Below, piece after piece: positions 19,068-30,112 of a stretch of DNA of 64,000 nucleotides. A program made the translations under genes and the position numbers. This DNA is from an uncultured Candidatus Binatia bacterium (GTDB lineage Bacteria; Desulfobacterota; Binatia; UBA9968; JAJDTQ01): assembly GCA_964291295.2 (NCBI GenBank), contig OZ219754.1:128001-192000 (forward strand). The letters run 5' to 3'. A model generated the notes under the pieces. That model was not told the DNA's origin and searched no databases. It saw nothing but the letters and a program-made list of their open reading frames with translations. Position 1 is the first letter of the stretch. The number at the start of each line of letters is the position of its first letter.

Positions 19068-19804
19068 CGCGCCGAGTCCGGCGGCTTGCGCCCGAACAGC
19101 CAGGCGATGCCGATGCTGAGAAGATAGAGGCCCATCAGCGGTCCGGCCAGGAGGAGTTGCGACACCACGTCCGGTGGAGTCAGCACCGCGGCCATGACGA
19201 ACATGACCAGCACGGCATACCGGAAATGGTGCCAGAGGAAACGGTGGTTCCAAACCCCCGCTCGGGCCAGGAAAAACGAGAATACCGGCAGTTGAAAGGT
19301 GACCCCGAAGGCACCGACGATACGGAAGAAGAAAGAGAAGTACTCGGCCACCCGGATCTCCGGGTTGACACCGATGGTGTCGTATTGCTCCAGGAAATAG
19401 AGGTACGCCAAAGGCAGCACCGCCTGGTAGCAGAAGAGCGCGCCCGAGAGAAAGAGCATCGAGGTGGTGGCGACGAAGCCCACCCGAGAGGCGGTCTTGC
19501 CCTCGGAGCCGAACAGCGGTGCCAGGAGCCGCCAGACCTGAAGGAAGATGAAGGGGCTGCCGGCCATCACGGCGGCGAGCAGCGCCACCTTGATCTCCAC
19601 GAAGAAGACCTCGGCCACGCCGGTGCCAATGAGAGTCTGCCCCGGTTGAAGCCGGCTTCTCAAGGGCTCGACCAGGACTTCGAACAGTCGCGGAGCGAGG
19701 AGAAAACTCACGGTGAACAGGACCAGCACGACCGCCAGGGATCGCGTCAGGCACGACCTCGCCCGTTCCATCCCGTCGGTGAGTCTCGGCAGAATCGGGG
19801 GCAT
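19055..19804 (-). CDS. tatC: Twin-arginine translocase subunit TatC
   Basis: FGVTFQLP, AAVLTPPDVVSQ and LYxxSI motifs; six TM segments. Confidence 0.92.
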   Translation of the reverse strand: MPPILPRLTDGMERARSCLTRSLAVVLVLFTVSFLLAPRLFEVLVEPLRSRLQPGQTLIGTGVAEVFFVEIKVALLAAVMAGSPFIFLQVWRLLAPLFGSEGKTASRVGFVATTSMLFLSGALFCYQAVLPLAYLYFLEQYDTIGVNPEIRVAEYFSFFFRIVGAFGVTFQLPVFSFFLARAGVWNHRFLWHHFRYAVLVMFVMAAVLTPPDVVSQLLLAGPLMGLYLLSIGIAWLFGRKPPDSARQSE

Positions 19805-19999
19805 GACACCGTTGAGAATAGCATGATCGGCCGGTTTTTCGCCTTCGCGGCATTCAAAGAAGCGGATTCCTGTTGAACTGGCGGATGAATCAGGTTAATA
19901 CTCTGCGTTGGACAGCGTGTTGTCGGCACAATCATCCTCAGCCGAGGACTCAGCCGGCGAATCGGACCCTTGAAACCCTGGATGGAGAAGGAGGCCGTT

Positions 20000-20341
20000 G
20001 TGAACTTTTCAACCCGTTATTTTTCAACCCGATATGCAGGTGTATTCGGCAGGTGCGCCCTATCCCTGGGGGTGCTCGCCCTGCTGGGCAGCGGTTGTGG
20101 AGTGGTCGAACACGATCACCCGGAATACGAGACCAACGTCCAGGCGGTGGAGGCCGCAACCCGCACGTCGCAGGATGCGGCCAACAGCGCACAGGCTGCC
20201 GCCAGGAACGCCGCCGCGGCCGCCGACAAGGCTGAAGCCGCCGCCAGCAGTGCCGCCGACAAGGCCGCAGCCGCCGCCGAGCGGGCGGAACGCGCCGCCG
20301 ACAAGGCGGAGAGCATCTTCGAGAAACTGATGACGAAATAG
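20000..20341 (+). CDS. Lpp/OprI-like alanine-zipper lipoprotein
   Basis: Lipobox LGSGC followed by Ala-rich heptads and a SIFEKLMTK C-terminus; GGAGG RBS before the GTG start. Confidence 0.8.
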   Translation: MNFSTRYFSTRYAGVFGRCALSLGVLALLGSGCGVVEHDHPEYETNVQAVEAATRTSQDAANSAQAAARNAAAAADKAEAAASSAADKAAAAAERAERAADKAESIFEKLMTK

Positions 20342-20343
20342 CG

Positions 20344-22020
20344 TCATGCCTTCGCCCGACCTGGGAGTCGCGCCATGAGGGCGATTCCCAGATCTCGGGC
20401 GATGGGCCAGTCGGGGCTTTGCAACAGCCTTGCAGCCGTAACGTAAAGCGCCATCCCTCCCGCAACCAGAGCGGCAAAGCCCAGGAGTTGCGCCGGCAAG
20501 GTGCCGGCGCTCCACGACATTCGTTCCGCCAACAGCAACAGCGGGCCTGCCATGAATGCCGCCGCGGTGAGGTTGCGCCACAGCGACGAGAGATACGCTC
20601 CCCAGGCCATTCCCCCGAGGCGCCGGACCGCCAGCCACAGGAGCACCGCGAACTGAAAGGTCGCGGACAACGCGTTGGCCAGCGCCAGTCCCGCATAGGA
20701 CAGGTCGAGCACACCCGCACCCTGACTCAGCGCCGCCACCGCCCGCACGAACCCGTTGTCTCCCGGGGCCGCATCCACCGGGCCGATGAGCATCAGGCTC
20801 AGCAACAGATTGAGCACGAATGTCCAGAACGCCACCCTCACCGGCGTTCGCGTATCCATCATGGCGTGAAACAGGGGAACGAGCACACGGCTGGCGGAGA
20901 CGGCCCACAGGCCCATGGCCAGGAACACCAGCGTCCGGGCGCTGGCAAGGACATCCTCGGCCGCGAACGCTCCACGCTGGAACAGCAGCGAGAACACCGG
21001 CACGGCGATCACCATCAACCCGAGGGCGGACGGCAGCGCGATGAAATTCACCATCCTCAACGCGTAACCCAGCGTCGTCTTCAGGCCGGACAGGTCGTTG
21101 CGGGCGGCGAGCGACGAGAAACTCGGCAGAGCGGCGGTTCCCAGCGCGACGGCGAACACCCCGAGGGGAAACTGCAACAGTCGGTCGGCGTAGTAGAGGT
21201 AGGAGACGCTGCCCGGCTCCAGCAGCGAAGCCAGGATGGTGCTGGCCAGGACATTCAGTTGATAGACGGCGGCGCCGATGACCGCCGGTCCCATGAGCCG
21301 CAGGAACCGGAACAACGCCGTGCTGCGGAAGTCCAGGCTGGGTCGCCACGAAAACCCGTACCGGTGAAGAAAGGGAAGCTGCAACAGGAGTTGGGCCACG
21401 CTGCCGAGCAGCACCCCGCAGGCCAGGCTCACGACCGGTTGGGCCAGCAACGGAACGAGCAGGAAAGCCGCCGCGATGATCGACAGGTTCAGCAGCACCG
21501 GCGCCAGCGCCGGTGCCATGAAGTGGCGGAAAGTGTTGAGGTATCCCATGGCCAGGGCGGCGAGACTGACGAAGAGGATGCTCGGGAACATGATCCGCAC
21601 CAACCGCACGGTGAGCGAGAACTGGTCCGGTGCCGCCGCGAAACCGGGCGCGAACAAGCGGGCAAGCAGCGCCGGGAAGAGCAGTCCCGCGACTGTCAGC
21701 AGCAGGAGGCAGAGGATTGCGAAGGTGACGATCACGCGGCTGGCCTCGATGGCCTCCCGCCGGCCCCGGGTGGTCAGGTACTCGGAAAGAACCGGCACGA
21801 AACCGGCGGAAAGGGCTCCTTCCGCGGTAAGGCGCCGCAACAGGTTCGGTATCCGGAACGCGACGAAGAACGCGTCGGCCGCACTCCGCGCCCCAAGCAG
21901 GTAGCCGATGACGACATCCCTGGCGAGCCCTGAAACGCGGCTCAAGAGCGTCAGGGAGCCGACGACGCCCGTCGCCCCGGCCACCCTGCGGAACTCGCCG
22001 GCCGTTGACTCATCACTCAT
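20344..22020 (-). CDS. murJ: Lipid II flippase MurJ (MviN)
   Basis: SRVSGLARD, AFRIPNLLRRLTAEGA and YADRLLQFPLG motifs. Confidence 0.95.
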   Translation of the reverse strand: MSDESTAGEFRRVAGATGVVGSLTLLSRVSGLARDVVIGYLLGARSAADAFFVAFRIPNLLRRLTAEGALSAGFVPVLSEYLTTRGRREAIEASRVIVTFAILCLLLLTVAGLLFPALLARLFAPGFAAAPDQFSLTVRLVRIMFPSILFVSLAALAMGYLNTFRHFMAPALAPVLLNLSIIAAAFLLVPLLAQPVVSLACGVLLGSVAQLLLQLPFLHRYGFSWRPSLDFRSTALFRFLRLMGPAVIGAAVYQLNVLASTILASLLEPGSVSYLYYADRLLQFPLGVFAVALGTAALPSFSSLAARNDLSGLKTTLGYALRMVNFIALPSALGLMVIAVPVFSLLFQRGAFAAEDVLASARTLVFLAMGLWAVSASRVLVPLFHAMMDTRTPVRVAFWTFVLNLLLSLMLIGPVDAAPGDNGFVRAVAALSQGAGVLDLSYAGLALANALSATFQFAVLLWLAVRRLGGMAWGAYLSSLWRNLTAAAFMAGPLLLLAERMSWSAGTLPAQLLGFAALVAGGMALYVTAARLLQSPDWPIARDLGIALMARLPGRAKA

Positions 22021-22056
22021 GCGGTGTTACAAAACGGGACTTTCAGGAGGTAAACT

Positions 22057-22347
22057 TTGGCGAACCACAAATCGGCCGTCAAGCGGCACCAGCAGAGCGT
22101 CCGGCGTCACCAGCGCAACCAGGCGCTTCAATCCAGAATCAAGACCCTGATCAAGAAGGTCCGGTCCACCATCGACAGCAGGAACCCGGAAGAGATCACC
22201 GAGAAGATCCGGGAAGTCAACGGTTTGCTCGACAAGGCCGTGGTCAAGGGAGTTCTCAAGCGCAACACGGCTTCGAGGAAGCTCTCCCGCCTGGCGCGGG
22301 CCGGCCACGAAGCCACGGCCTCCGCCGAAGCGATACCCTTGGCGTAG
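22057..22347 (+). CDS. rpsT: 30S ribosomal protein S20
   Basis: MANHKSAVKR...NTASRKLSRL; TTG start with AGGAGG RBS. Confidence 0.96.
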   Translation: MANHKSAVKRHQQSVRRHQRNQALQSRIKTLIKKVRSTIDSRNPEEITEKIREVNGLLDKAVVKGVLKRNTASRKLSRLARAGHEATASAEAIPLA

Positions 22348-22451
22348 GCATCTTCGCCCCAGGCGCCCTCCGCCCCGGACATATTTCCGACTCGCTTTCG
22401 ACTCGCCGGCATGCGCGTCGCGCACTGCCGGGACGGTCCGCCGCGGTGCCG

Positions 22452-23057
22452 TCAGAATCCCTCCGCCATCCGCTGCCGCAGCCACCGGGCAAAACCTTCC
22501 AGCAGCCGTTGCCTCGCAGCCGCGCGTGAGTCTTCCGCCAGTCTCGCATCGGACAACCGGCCCACGTCTTCCAGGTTCAGGGTATTCCGGAGAGTTCCGG
22601 AGGAACCGGCCGCCACGGCCCCTCTGGCGGCGTCATGAACATCCCGGAGACGGATGGTCCGCGGCGGCCACAGGACCTCGTTGCCCGGCCTGCGCCTGAG
22701 CGTGGCCTCCACCTCCAGCCGCGCTTCCACCTGCAGCACCTGGTCGAACCGGTTGACCGAGACATGCCTGATCCCATAGTGCCGAATGACGCCGGAAAGG
22801 ACCGCGTCGGCGTTCTCGGCGTCGGCCGCCAGGCGTGGACGCGGCTGGCGCCTCAACTCCCGCCGCACCGCCCGCGCCAGGCCGTCCTCCAGACCGACGG
22901 CGCGGGTGCGGTTGTCAAAGGGCGCCACGTAGACGGCGCGGACATCGTCCGGCAGCGCCGCGTCCGGTTCCACGAACCGGTAGCCGCATGCTCCCGCCGA
23001 AAGGGCCGCGCTCAGCCAGACCGCCAGCGGCCGGACGAGTCGGCGAACCGGCCTCAT
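22452..23057 (-). CDS. lptE: LPS assembly lipoprotein LptE
   Basis: Lipobox GACGY, FDNRT motif, located immediately downstream of leuS. Confidence 0.85.
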   Translation of the reverse strand: MRPVRRLVRPLAVWLSAALSAGACGYRFVEPDAALPDDVRAVYVAPFDNRTRAVGLEDGLARAVRRELRRQPRPRLAADAENADAVLSGVIRHYGIRHVSVNRFDQVLQVEARLEVEATLRRRPGNEVLWPPRTIRLRDVHDAARGAVAAGSSGTLRNTLNLEDVGRLSDARLAEDSRAAARQRLLEGFARWLRQRMAEGF

Positions 23058-25543
23058 CCTTCGATCACGATGTTGACCAACCGACCGGGAACCTGCACGA
23101 CCCGCCTGACCCCGCGGCCGTCAATGAAGGATGCCACCCGGGGGTCGGTCAGCGCCGCCGTCTCGACATGCTCCGCGCCGGCATCCGCCGGAACCGAGAT
23201 CTTTCCGCGCAGCCTGCCGTTCACCTGCACGACAATGACACGGCTCTCCTGGACCAGGGCCGCGTTGGAGTACTCCGGCCACGCCTTGTCCACCAGGGAG
23301 TCGGTGTGGCCCAGCCGTTCCCACAACTCGCTGGTGATGTGCGGCACGAACGGCGACAGCAGGACAATCTCGGTCTCCAGGGCCGCCTTCGCCAGCGCGG
23401 CTCCGTCTTGCTGCCGTAAATCGTCATCGCTCAACGCGCTCAGGGAGTTGTGAAGTTCCATGATGGCGGCGATGGCGGTGTTGAAATGAAACCGCCGATC
23501 GATATCGTCGGTGACCTTCCTGATGGTCCAGTGGATCCGGCGCCGCAGCTCCCTGAGCCCGCCGGCGGCCGGTATGCGGTCGGCATCCGCCGCCACATCC
23601 GCCAACCGCTCGCGGTGCCGCATGGCGAAGCGCCACAACCGGCTCAGGAACCGGTGGGCGCCCTCGACCCCCTGATCGCTCCAGTCCAGATCCTTCTCGG
23701 GCGGGGACGCGAACAGGGTGAACAGCCGCGCGGTGTCCGCGCCGTAGCGATGGATGAGATCGTCCGGGTCGACGACGTTCATCTTGGACTTGGACATCTT
23801 GGCGCCGTCCTTGATGACCATGCCCTGGGTCAGGAGATTCGTGAACGGCTCGGTCACCGACAGCCAGCCCATGTCCCGCAGAACCCGGGTAAAGAAGCGG
23901 GCGTAAAGCAGGTGCAGCACGGCGTGCTCGACCCCGCCCACGTACTGGTCCACGGCCATCCAGTAGGCGGTGCGCTGGCGGTCGAGGGGCTGACGGTCCT
24001 CGTCCGGGCAGGCGTAGCGCGCGAAGTACCACGACGACTCCACGAACGTGTCCATGGTATCGGTCTCCCGGCGGGCAGGCCGGCGGCACGTCGGACACGG
24101 GGTCTCGTAGAATTCCGGAAGCCGGGCCAGCGGCGAGCCGTCCACTCCCGTGAACTCCACGTGGGTCGGAAGCCGCACCGGCAGCTGGTCCACGGGAACC
24201 GGCACCATGCCGCAGTCGTCGCAGTAGACCACGGGGATGGGCGCGCCCCAGTAACGCTGCCGGGAAATGCCCCAGTCCCGCAGCCGGTAGCGGACGGTGC
24301 CCTTGCCCCAGCCGCGCTCCTCAAGGAACGCGGCGATGCGGCTGCGGCCCTCCTCGCTGCCCAAGCCGCTGAACTCCCCGCTGTCGGCCATCACCCCGTC
24401 GGCGGTGTAGGCCTCGGTCATCTCGTCGGCCACCAGGGTGGTCCCGCGCGGGTGGATCACCGGCCGCACCGGCAGACCGTACTTCCTGGCGAACTCGAAG
24501 TCTCTCTGGTCGTGGGCCGGAACCGCCATGACCGCACCGGTGCCGTATTCCATCAAGACGAAGTTGGCCACATAGATGGGGATATTCTCCCCGGTGAAAG
24601 GGTTGAGACAGAACGAGCCGGTGAAGAGGCCCTCCTTCTCCATCTCGACGTCATCGCGCCGGGAATGGCTGAGGCGCTTCACCCTCCGGGCGAATTCCTC
24701 CACCGCGCCCTGTTGCGGCGTGCCGCCGGAGAGTTCCAGGGCCATGGGGTGTTCGGCGGCGAGGGAGACGAACGTCGCGCCATGGACGGTGTCCTGACGG
24801 GTGGTGAAGACGGTGAGGTGACCCTCCCGCCCCACCATCGGAAAGCGGATCTCCGCGCCGATGGACTTGCCGATCCAGTTGCGCTGCATGGTGAGCACCT
24901 TGTCCGGCCATCCCGGGAGTCCGTCGCATGCTGCCAGCAGGTCCTCGGCGTAGGCGGTGATGCGGAAGAACCACTGGGGCAACTCGCGCAGGACCACCTC
25001 GTGCTCGCAGCGCCAGCAGCGGCCGTCCACCACCTGCTCGTTGGCCAGGACGGTCCCGCAACCGCCGCACCAGTTGACCGCCGCGTTGCGCTTGTAGGCC
25101 AGGCCGCGCTCCAGCATCTCCAGGAAGAACACCTGCTCCCAGCGATAGTAGCTGGCATCGGAGGTGGCCAGCTCGCGCGCCCAATCGTAGCTGAACCCCA
25201 TCTTCTTGAGTTGTGCCCGCATGTAGTCGATGTTGTCCACGGTCCAGCGGGCGGGGTGGACCTTGTGGGCGAGGGCGGCGTTCTCCGCCGGCAGCCCGAA
25301 GGCGTCCCAGCCCATGGGGTGCAGCACGTTGAAACCGCGCATGCGCTTGTAGCGCGCGATGACATCGCCGATGGAGTAGTTGCGCACGTGCCCCATGTGG
25401 ATCCGGCCCGACGGATAGGGAAACATCTCCAGCAGATAGTACTTCGGCAGGTCCGAGGTCTCGTCCACTCGAAAGCTCCCGGCCCGCTCCCATTCGGCCT
25501 GCCAGCGCTCTTCGATCTTCCAGAACTCGTACTTTTCGATCAT
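23054..25543 (-). CDS. leuS: Leucine--tRNA ligase
   Basis: [18 protein letters not shown] and VQVNGRLR motifs; start MIEKYEF at 25543. Confidence 0.97.
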   Translation of the reverse strand: MIEKYEFWKIEERWQAEWERAGSFRVDETSDLPKYYLLEMFPYPSGRIHMGHVRNYSIGDVIARYKRMRGFNVLHPMGWDAFGLPAENAALAHKVHPARWTVDNIDYMRAQLKKMGFSYDWARELATSDASYYRWEQVFFLEMLERGLAYKRNAAVNWCGGCGTVLANEQVVDGRCWRCEHEVVLRELPQWFFRITAYAEDLLAACDGLPGWPDKVLTMQRNWIGKSIGAEIRFPMVGREGHLTVFTTRQDTVHGATFVSLAAEHPMALELSGGTPQQGAVEEFARRVKRLSHSRRDDVEMEKEGLFTGSFCLNPFTGENIPIYVANFVLMEYGTGAVMAVPAHDQRDFEFARKYGLPVRPVIHPRGTTLVADEMTEAYTADGVMADSGEFSGLGSEEGRSRIAAFLEERGWGKGTVRYRLRDWGISRQRYWGAPIPVVYCDDCGMVPVPVDQLPVRLPTHVEFTGVDGSPLARLPEFYETPCPTCRRPARRETDTMDTFVESSWYFARYACPDEDRQPLDRQRTAYWMAVDQYVGGVEHAVLHLLYARFFTRVLRDMGWLSVTEPFTNLLTQGMVIKDGAKMSKSKMNVVDPDDLIHRYGADTARLFTLFASPPEKDLDWSDQGVEGAHRFLSRLWRFAMRHRERLADVAADADRIPAAGGLRELRRRIHWTIRKVTDDIDRRFHFNTAIAAIMELHNSLSALSDDDLRQQDGAALAKAALETEIVLLSPFVPHITSELWERLGHTDSLVDKAWPEYSNAALVQESRVIVVQVNGRLRGKISVPADAGAEHVETAALTDPRVASFIDGRGVRRVVQVPGRLVNIVIEG

Positions 25544-25974
25544 GGTTCCGGCCGCTCGCTCTCCTTGAGTCCGTTGGCGTGCGCGACGTGGTCGAGCACG
25601 CCGTTGATGAACGCGGAGGAGCCGTCCGACCCGTAGCGGTCGCCGATCTCGATCGCTTCGTCGATGCTCACGTGCAACGGGATGTCCGGGCAATAGACCA
25701 ACTCGTAGGTGGCGAACCGAAGGATGATCAGGTCCACCTTCGACAGGCGCCCGAGCTTCCAGTTCTCCAACGCCTGCTCGAGCCACCCGTCGATTTCGTC
25801 ACGGTGCTCCACGGTCCCGGCGATCAGGCGTTGGGCGAAATCCCTGGCTGCGGCATGCGACGGAAAATGCCCCCAGAAAATGGCCGGACCGGCGGGAGAA
25901 GGGTCTCCGGTGATCTCCATCTGATAGAGCACCTGCAACGCCAGCTCCCGAGCCTTGCGGCGAATACCTGTCAT
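25540..25974 (-). CDS. nusB: Transcription antitermination factor NusB
   Basis: [10 protein letters not shown]..., DEAIEI and FINGVLD motifs. Confidence 0.95.
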   Translation of the reverse strand: MTGIRRKARELALQVLYQMEITGDPSPAGPAIFWGHFPSHAAARDFAQRLIAGTVEHRDEIDGWLEQALENWKLGRLSKVDLIILRFATYELVYCPDIPLHVSIDEAIEIGDRYGSDGSSAFINGVLDHVAHANGLKESERPEP

Positions 25975-26031
25975 CGGAAATCTGCGGTTGGAACCGGGAC
26001 GCGGGGAGAGGGGACGCGGGGGCCGGGGAGG

Positions 26032-26514
26032 TCAGGAAAGTTCCTTGCTCAAACTCGCCATCTCGATGGCGGTGACCGCGGCCTCGTACCCCTTGTTGCC
26101 CATCTTCGCCCCGGCGCGGTCGACCGCCTGCTCCACCGTGTGGGTGGTCAAGAGGCCGAAGGCGATGGGGATGCCGTACCGGTCCATGGCATGGCCCACG
26201 CCGCGCGCGGCTTCCCCGCAAATATAGTCGAAGTGGGGCGTCTCCCCGCGAATGACCGCCCCGACGCATATCAAGGCGTCGTACTTGCCGCTCTCCGCCA
26301 TCTTGTGGGCGCAGAAGGAGATCTCGAACGCACCGGGCACCCACGCGACATCCACGTTCTCGTCGGAGTTCGCACCATGCCGCCTCAGGGCGCGCACCGC
26401 GCCGTCGAGAAGCCGCTCGGTTATGAAGCCGTTGAACCGGCTGGCGATGATGCCGAACCGCATCGCCGTCGCATCCAGTTTTCCTTCGATCACTCGCATG
26501 GCCGCCACCTTCAA
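26032..26514 (-). CDS. ribH: 6,7-dimethyl-8-ribityllumazine synthase
   Basis: SRFN, VPGAFE, VIRGETPHFDY and GNKG motifs; the start may be 26499. Confidence 0.96.
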   Translation of the reverse strand: MKVAAMRVIEGKLDATAMRFGIIASRFNGFITERLLDGAVRALRRHGANSDENVDVAWVPGAFEISFCAHKMAESGKYDALICVGAVIRGETPHFDYICGEAARGVGHAMDRYGIPIAFGLLTTHTVEQAVDRAGAKMGNKGYEAAVTAIEMASLSKELS

Positions 26515-26518
26515 CGCA

Positions 26519-27724
26519 TCAGTGCCGGGTCAGAAGATGCCCGAGCTTGTCGCGCTTGGTCTGCAGGTATCCCGCGTTGCGGTCGTGGGGTTCGATCTCC
26601 AGCGGAATCCGTTCGCTCACCGACAAGCCGTAGCCTTCCAGGCTGACGATCTTGCGCGGATTGTTGGTCATGAGGCGCAGCCGCCGAATGCCCAGGTGGC
26701 GCAGGATCTCCGCGGCGACCCCGTAATCCCTCAGATCCACGTCGAACCCCAGCTCCAGGTTCGCCTCCACCGTGTCACGCCCCTCGTCCTGCAGCGCGTA
26801 CGCCCTGATCTTGTTGGTCAGACCGATCCCGCGGCCTTCCTGATGCAGGTACACGATGACGCCGCACTCTTCCTGACCGATGATGCGGATGGCCGCACGG
26901 AGTTGCTCGCCGCAGTCACACCGCTCCGACGAGAACACGTCGCCGGTAAGGCATTCCGAATGCACTCGCACCGTGACCGCGTCGCTTCGGCTCACGTCGC
27001 CCTTCACCAGGGCCATGTGCTCGAACGGGTCCAGGCTGGTGCGGTACAGGATCGCCTTGAACGACTTGTCGTGAATGCTCGGGAAATCTCCCTCCCAGAC
27101 CTGCCGGATGCTGGCTTCGTTGCGAAGGCGGAATCCGATGAGTTCGACGATGGAGAGCATCCGCAGATCGTGCCGAGCGGCAAAGGCGTGGAGCGCCGCT
27201 CCCGTGGCGACGGAGCCGTCGTCGTCCAGAATCTGGCAGATGACCGCCACCGGTTGCAGGCCGCAGAGGGCGGCAAGGTCCGTTGCGGCTTCCGCCGGAC
27301 CGGCCTTGACCAAGACTCCTCCCGGAGTGGCCTGCATCGGCAACACGTTGCCGGGGGTGATGAAGTCCCGGGAGCCCGCATCCGGCATGGCGGCCGCGCG
27401 GATGGTATGCGCCCTGCCCGCCGCCGACACCTCAAGGCCCAGGGACGAATGGGCGCCTACCGGCGCGCCCACCGGCCGCTGACCCGGAACCGGGATGGCC
27501 GCCGAATCCACGTCGAGCCCCAGCTTTTCCAGACGCGACGGTTCCATGACCAGATAGGGGACGCCCCGCACATGCCGCAGCATGAAGTTGACATGCTCCG
27601 GGGTCACCTTTTCGGCGACCATGCAGACGTGGCCCTTGCCCTGGTCGCTTTCCTGGTCCACCAGAACGATCGGCCGACCTTGGCGCAACTCGTCCCGGAT
27701 GGTCTCAATCGAGGTCGGTGACAT
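26519..27724 (-). CDS. ribBA: RibBA fusion: degenerate DHBP-synthase domain plus intact GTP cyclohydrolase II
   Basis: C-terminal RVHSECLTGD..RCDC, QEGRGIG and TNNP motifs are intact; N-terminal RibB catalytic motifs are substituted. Confidence 0.9.
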   Translation of the reverse strand: MSPTSIETIRDELRQGRPIVLVDQESDQGKGHVCMVAEKVTPEHVNFMLRHVRGVPYLVMEPSRLEKLGLDVDSAAIPVPGQRPVGAPVGAHSSLGLEVSAAGRAHTIRAAAMPDAGSRDFITPGNVLPMQATPGGVLVKAGPAEAATDLAALCGLQPVAVICQILDDDGSVATGAALHAFAARHDLRMLSIVELIGFRLRNEASIRQVWEGDFPSIHDKSFKAILYRTSLDPFEHMALVKGDVSRSDAVTVRVHSECLTGDVFSSERCDCGEQLRAAIRIIGQEECGVIVYLHQEGRGIGLTNKIRAYALQDEGRDTVEANLELGFDVDLRDYGVAAEILRHLGIRRLRLMTNNPRKIVSLEGYGLSVSERIPLEIEPHDRNAGYLQTKRDKLGHLLTRH

Positions 27725-28331
27725 GTCTCGCGTCGGGCGTTCGGAAGGATTTCACGAATCGGAGAACGTATTTTCCGATGATGTCCGCTTCGAGGTTGAC
27801 TCTATCACCAACACCACGGCTCTGCAAATTCGTATTCGCCAGCGTGAAGGGGATGGTGGCCACCGAAAAGGACCGCGAGGTGCAGTCGTTGACGGTCAGG
27901 CTGATGCCGTCCACGGCAATGGAACCCTTGGGGACCAGAAGACGGGTGACCGCCGCCGGCGCGCGGAAGCGAAAGAACGTGAACTCGCCGCTCTTGTGAA
28001 TGCGCGCGACCTGCCCCACGGCATCCACGTGGCCGGTGACCATGTGCCCGCCCAGCCGCCCGCCCAGCTTGAGCGGCCGCTCCAGATTGAGGCGGTGGTC
28101 CTCGCGCACATCGTCGAGGTTCGTGCGCTTCAGGGTCTCGGGCGAAACGTCCACGGTGAGCCGCCGCCGGGCCTTCCGCACCACCGTCAGGCAACACCCG
28201 TTCACCGCGATGCTGTCCCCCGGGGAAATCTCGCGGCCGGGCAGCCCGGTCTCGAAGGTCAGTTCGCCCCCGCCGGTGCCGGCGCGCCAGCGGGAGACCC
28301 GGCCAACCTCTTCAATCAGTCCGGTAAACAT
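27705..28331 (-). CDS. ribE: Riboflavin synthase alpha chain
   Basis: MFTGLIEE, NGCCLTV, GGHMVTGHVD and DGISLTV motifs. Confidence 0.95.
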   Translation of the reverse strand: MFTGLIEEVGRVSRWRAGTGGGELTFETGLPGREISPGDSIAVNGCCLTVVRKARRRLTVDVSPETLKRTNLDDVREDHRLNLERPLKLGGRLGGHMVTGHVDAVGQVARIHKSGEFTFFRFRAPAAVTRLLVPKGSIAVDGISLTVNDCTSRSFSVATIPFTLANTNLQSRGVGDRVNLEADIIGKYVLRFVKSFRTPDARHVTDLD

Positions 28332-29449
28332 GAGCCTCCGCGCTTCGTGGGCGACAGGTAGGCGGTGATCAGTATATCGTCGCCGAGCCGCCTCACGACC
28401 GTTTCCGCAAGCCGCGGGGAGCCGCGCATGCGCGTGACGCCGAGATCCCCCATCATGGGCAGCCCGTCGCCGCCAATGAACTTCGGCGCATAGAAGCACA
28501 ACACCTTGTCCACAACCTTTTCCGCGATGGCCCGGCTCGCCGTCACGCCGCCTCCCTCCATCATGACGCTGAGCACTCCGGCGCGGGCCAGCTTCCGGAA
28601 CACCCGCCTGAACGAGATGCGGCCGTGCCGCACGGGGAAACTCCACACCTGGACTCCCAGATCCTCGAGGCGCTTCCTCCGGACCGCGGGAGCGGCGTCT
28701 CCCGTGACCACCACGGTCTTCTCGGGCTGCCGCTGCCGGACCAGCCTGGCGGTGACCGGCGTGCGCAACCTTCCATCCAGCACGATGCGCCAAGGATCCC
28801 GTCCTCCCGGCAGCCGACAGGTGAGCTGGGGATCGTCGGCCAGCACCGTGCCCGAGCCCACCAGCACGGCGTCGAGTTCGTTGCGCAGCCGGTGCACGTA
28901 TTTCCGGGCGGCGGGCCCTGTCACCCACCTGGAATCACCGGTCGCGGTGGCGATCCTGCCGTCCAGGGACGCGGCCAGCTTGAGGGTCACGAAGGGCAGC
29001 CCGCGTGTGACGTGCTTGACGAAGCCCTCGTTCAGGCGGCGGCATTCCTCTTCGCGCAGCGGCGCTTCGACCCGGATGCCGGCTTTCCTCAGGGCCTCCA
29101 GCCCGCGGCCGGCCACCATGGGATTGGGGTCCACCATGCCCGCCACGACGCGCCCGACGCCCGCCTCGATCACCGCCCGGGTGCACGGCGGCGTACGGCC
29201 GAAGTGGCCGCAGGGTTCCAGGTTGACATAGAGCGTGGCGCCGCGGGCCGCCCCGCCCGCCTGCCGGAGCGCCACCACCTCGGCATGGTCGCCGCCGGCC
29301 CGGGCATGATAGCCCCGCCCCACGATTCGCCCGTCCCGCACCACCACCGCCCCCACCATGGGGTTGGGACTGGTCCTGCCGGCGCCCCGGCGCGCCAGCC
29401 CGAGGGCCGCCCGCATGTACCGGCGGTCGCTGTCCCGGGAAACGTCCAC
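28316..29449 (-). CDS. ribD: Riboflavin deaminase/reductase RibD
   Basis: PNPMVG, HAE, LEPCxHxGRTPPC, SLDG and EGG motifs; start uncertain (GTG at 29449 used). Confidence 0.94.
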   Translation of the reverse strand: MDVSRDSDRRYMRAALGLARRGAGRTSPNPMVGAVVVRDGRIVGRGYHARAGGDHAEVVALRQAGGAARGATLYVNLEPCGHFGRTPPCTRAVIEAGVGRVVAGMVDPNPMVAGRGLEALRKAGIRVEAPLREEECRRLNEGFVKHVTRGLPFVTLKLAASLDGRIATATGDSRWVTGPAARKYVHRLRNELDAVLVGSGTVLADDPQLTCRLPGGRDPWRIVLDGRLRTPVTARLVRQRQPEKTVVVTGDAAPAVRRKRLEDLGVQVWSFPVRHGRISFRRVFRKLARAGVLSVMMEGGGVTASRAIAEKVVDKVLCFYAPKFIGGDGLPMMGDLGVTRMRGSPRLAETVVRRLGDDILITAYLSPTKRGGSCLPD

Positions 29450-29521
29450 CAAACGTCCAGCCCCTTTCCAAGGGAAGCCGCTGGCGGCAAGTCCAACACC
29501 GTTCGCGCCAGCGCCCACCCG

Positions 29522-30073
29522 CTATTCTTTACCGGAGGGGACGGGCGTGCCCGCGCGCGGGGTCTTCCTTCGTGTCCTCTTGCGGGGGGTCCCCGCGCCC
29601 GTTCCCGCGGCCCCGTGTCCGCGGCCGTTCAGCAGCTCCTCCAGTTCCGCCCTGAATTCGTTGAGATCCCTGAAGGAGCGGTAGACCGACGCGAACCGTA
29701 CATAGGCCACCGGATCGGTGTCATGAAGCTCGCGCATCGCCGCCTCGCCGATGATCGCGCCCGGTATCTCCTTCTCGCCTCGTTCCTGGATCCCGCGCTC
29801 GATACGGTCGGTGATGGCCTCGATGGCAGCCATGCTGACGGGGCGTTTCTGACAGGCGCGCTTCAGGCCGTTGATGATCTTGAGCCGGTCGAAGGCCTCG
29901 CGGCGCCCGTCCTTCTTCACCACCATGGGCATGGTCTCTTCCACCCGCTCGTAGGTGGTGAAGCGGCGCGCGCACGAGAGGCACTCCCTGCGCCGCCGGA
30001 TCATCTCGCCGTCTTTCCCGAGACGGGAATCGATGACGTGGTTGCTGGCCTGGCGGCAAAAGGGGCATTTCAT
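29522..30073 (-). CDS. nrdR: Transcriptional repressor NrdR
   Basis: MKCPFC..DSR..RRRREC..RFTTYE and AYVRFASVY. Confidence 0.96.
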   Translation of the reverse strand: MKCPFCRQASNHVIDSRLGKDGEMIRRRRECLSCARRFTTYERVEETMPMVVKKDGRREAFDRLKIINGLKRACQKRPVSMAAIEAITDRIERGIQERGEKEIPGAIIGEAAMRELHDTDPVAYVRFASVYRSFRDLNEFRAELEELLNGRGHGAAGTGAGTPRKRTRRKTPRAGTPVPSGKE

Positions 30074-30112
30074 GGGATGCCCGACGCTTCCGGGACACGG
30101 CGGTCCGAGTTG

